64,000 nucleotides of DNA from Fidelibacterota bacterium (GTDB lineage Bacteria; Fidelibacterota; Fidelibacteria; Fidelibacterales; DSDE01). The translations under genes and the position numbers were made by a program. Shown here one piece after another: positions 63,881-64,000 of the stretch. The DNA lies in the NCBI GenBank assembly GCA_046735395.1, contig JBJKQR010000008.1, positions 1-64,000 of the forward strand. Reading direction: 5' to 3'. Positions within the stretch are counted from its first letter, which is position 1; every line of letters starts with the position of its first letter. Below the pieces are notes generated by a model. That model saw only the letters and a program-made list of their open reading frames with translations. It was not told where the DNA came from and ran no database searches.

Positions 63881-64000
63881 ATGAAGCTATGGAATGAAAA
63901 AGCGGGTTTTGATGAACTGGTTGAACAGTTTACGGTCGGAGAGGATCCTGAATGGGATACGATCCTGCTGCCCTTTGACATTCAGGCGTCCATGGCCCAT
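63881..64000 (+). CDS. argH: Argininosuccinate lyase (5' fragment)
   Basis: MKLW...VEQFTVGED...D..L.PFDIQASMAH following argG. Confidence 0.85.
   Translation, partial: MKLWNEKAGFDELVEQFTVGEDPEWDTILLPFDIQASMAH

Overview
A bacterial chromosome segment of moderate GC that spans the probable replication origin. Gene content suggests an FCB-superphylum organism, possibly Ca. Marinimicrobia-like (inferred from the triple PPIase/SurA cluster, a PorV-like protein with a T9SS C-terminal domain, and Bacteroidota-style nqr, carAB and argH). Left part: mnmG (3' end), mfd, three PPIases, oriC, dnaN-recF-dciA-gyrB-gyrA-yggS, a degenerate PNP-like gene, ssb, NUDIX, DUF2225, an eIF2B-like gene, a CPBP protease, mgtE, a GT2-like gene and a DUF3108-like gene. 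Two parS sites lie inside coding sequence, and dnaA is not next to the origin. Middle: rplU-rpmA, mdh, rlmB, dacB, an exported PepF, an MPG-like/SH3 fusion, perR-ahpC, nqrABCDEF, an orphan response regulator, modA-TOBE-modB-modC, a metal permease with an HMA domain and carAB. About 46.6-54.3 kb is an accessory, partly AT-rich region. It holds nested palindromic repeats, a toxin-antitoxin pair and co-oriented genes punctuated by three GTAG-type REP elements whose shared flanks suggest cassette-like units; this is the strongest candidate for an undescribed system. Right part: an SH3/M48 peptidase with a CHASE2 adenylate cyclase, a lipoprotein PepF, an ECF sigma/anti-sigma/Spy-like module and argR-argG-argH (5' end). 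No rRNA, tRNA, CRISPR array or transposase was recognised. Family assignments are by motif recognition only; no database searches were run.
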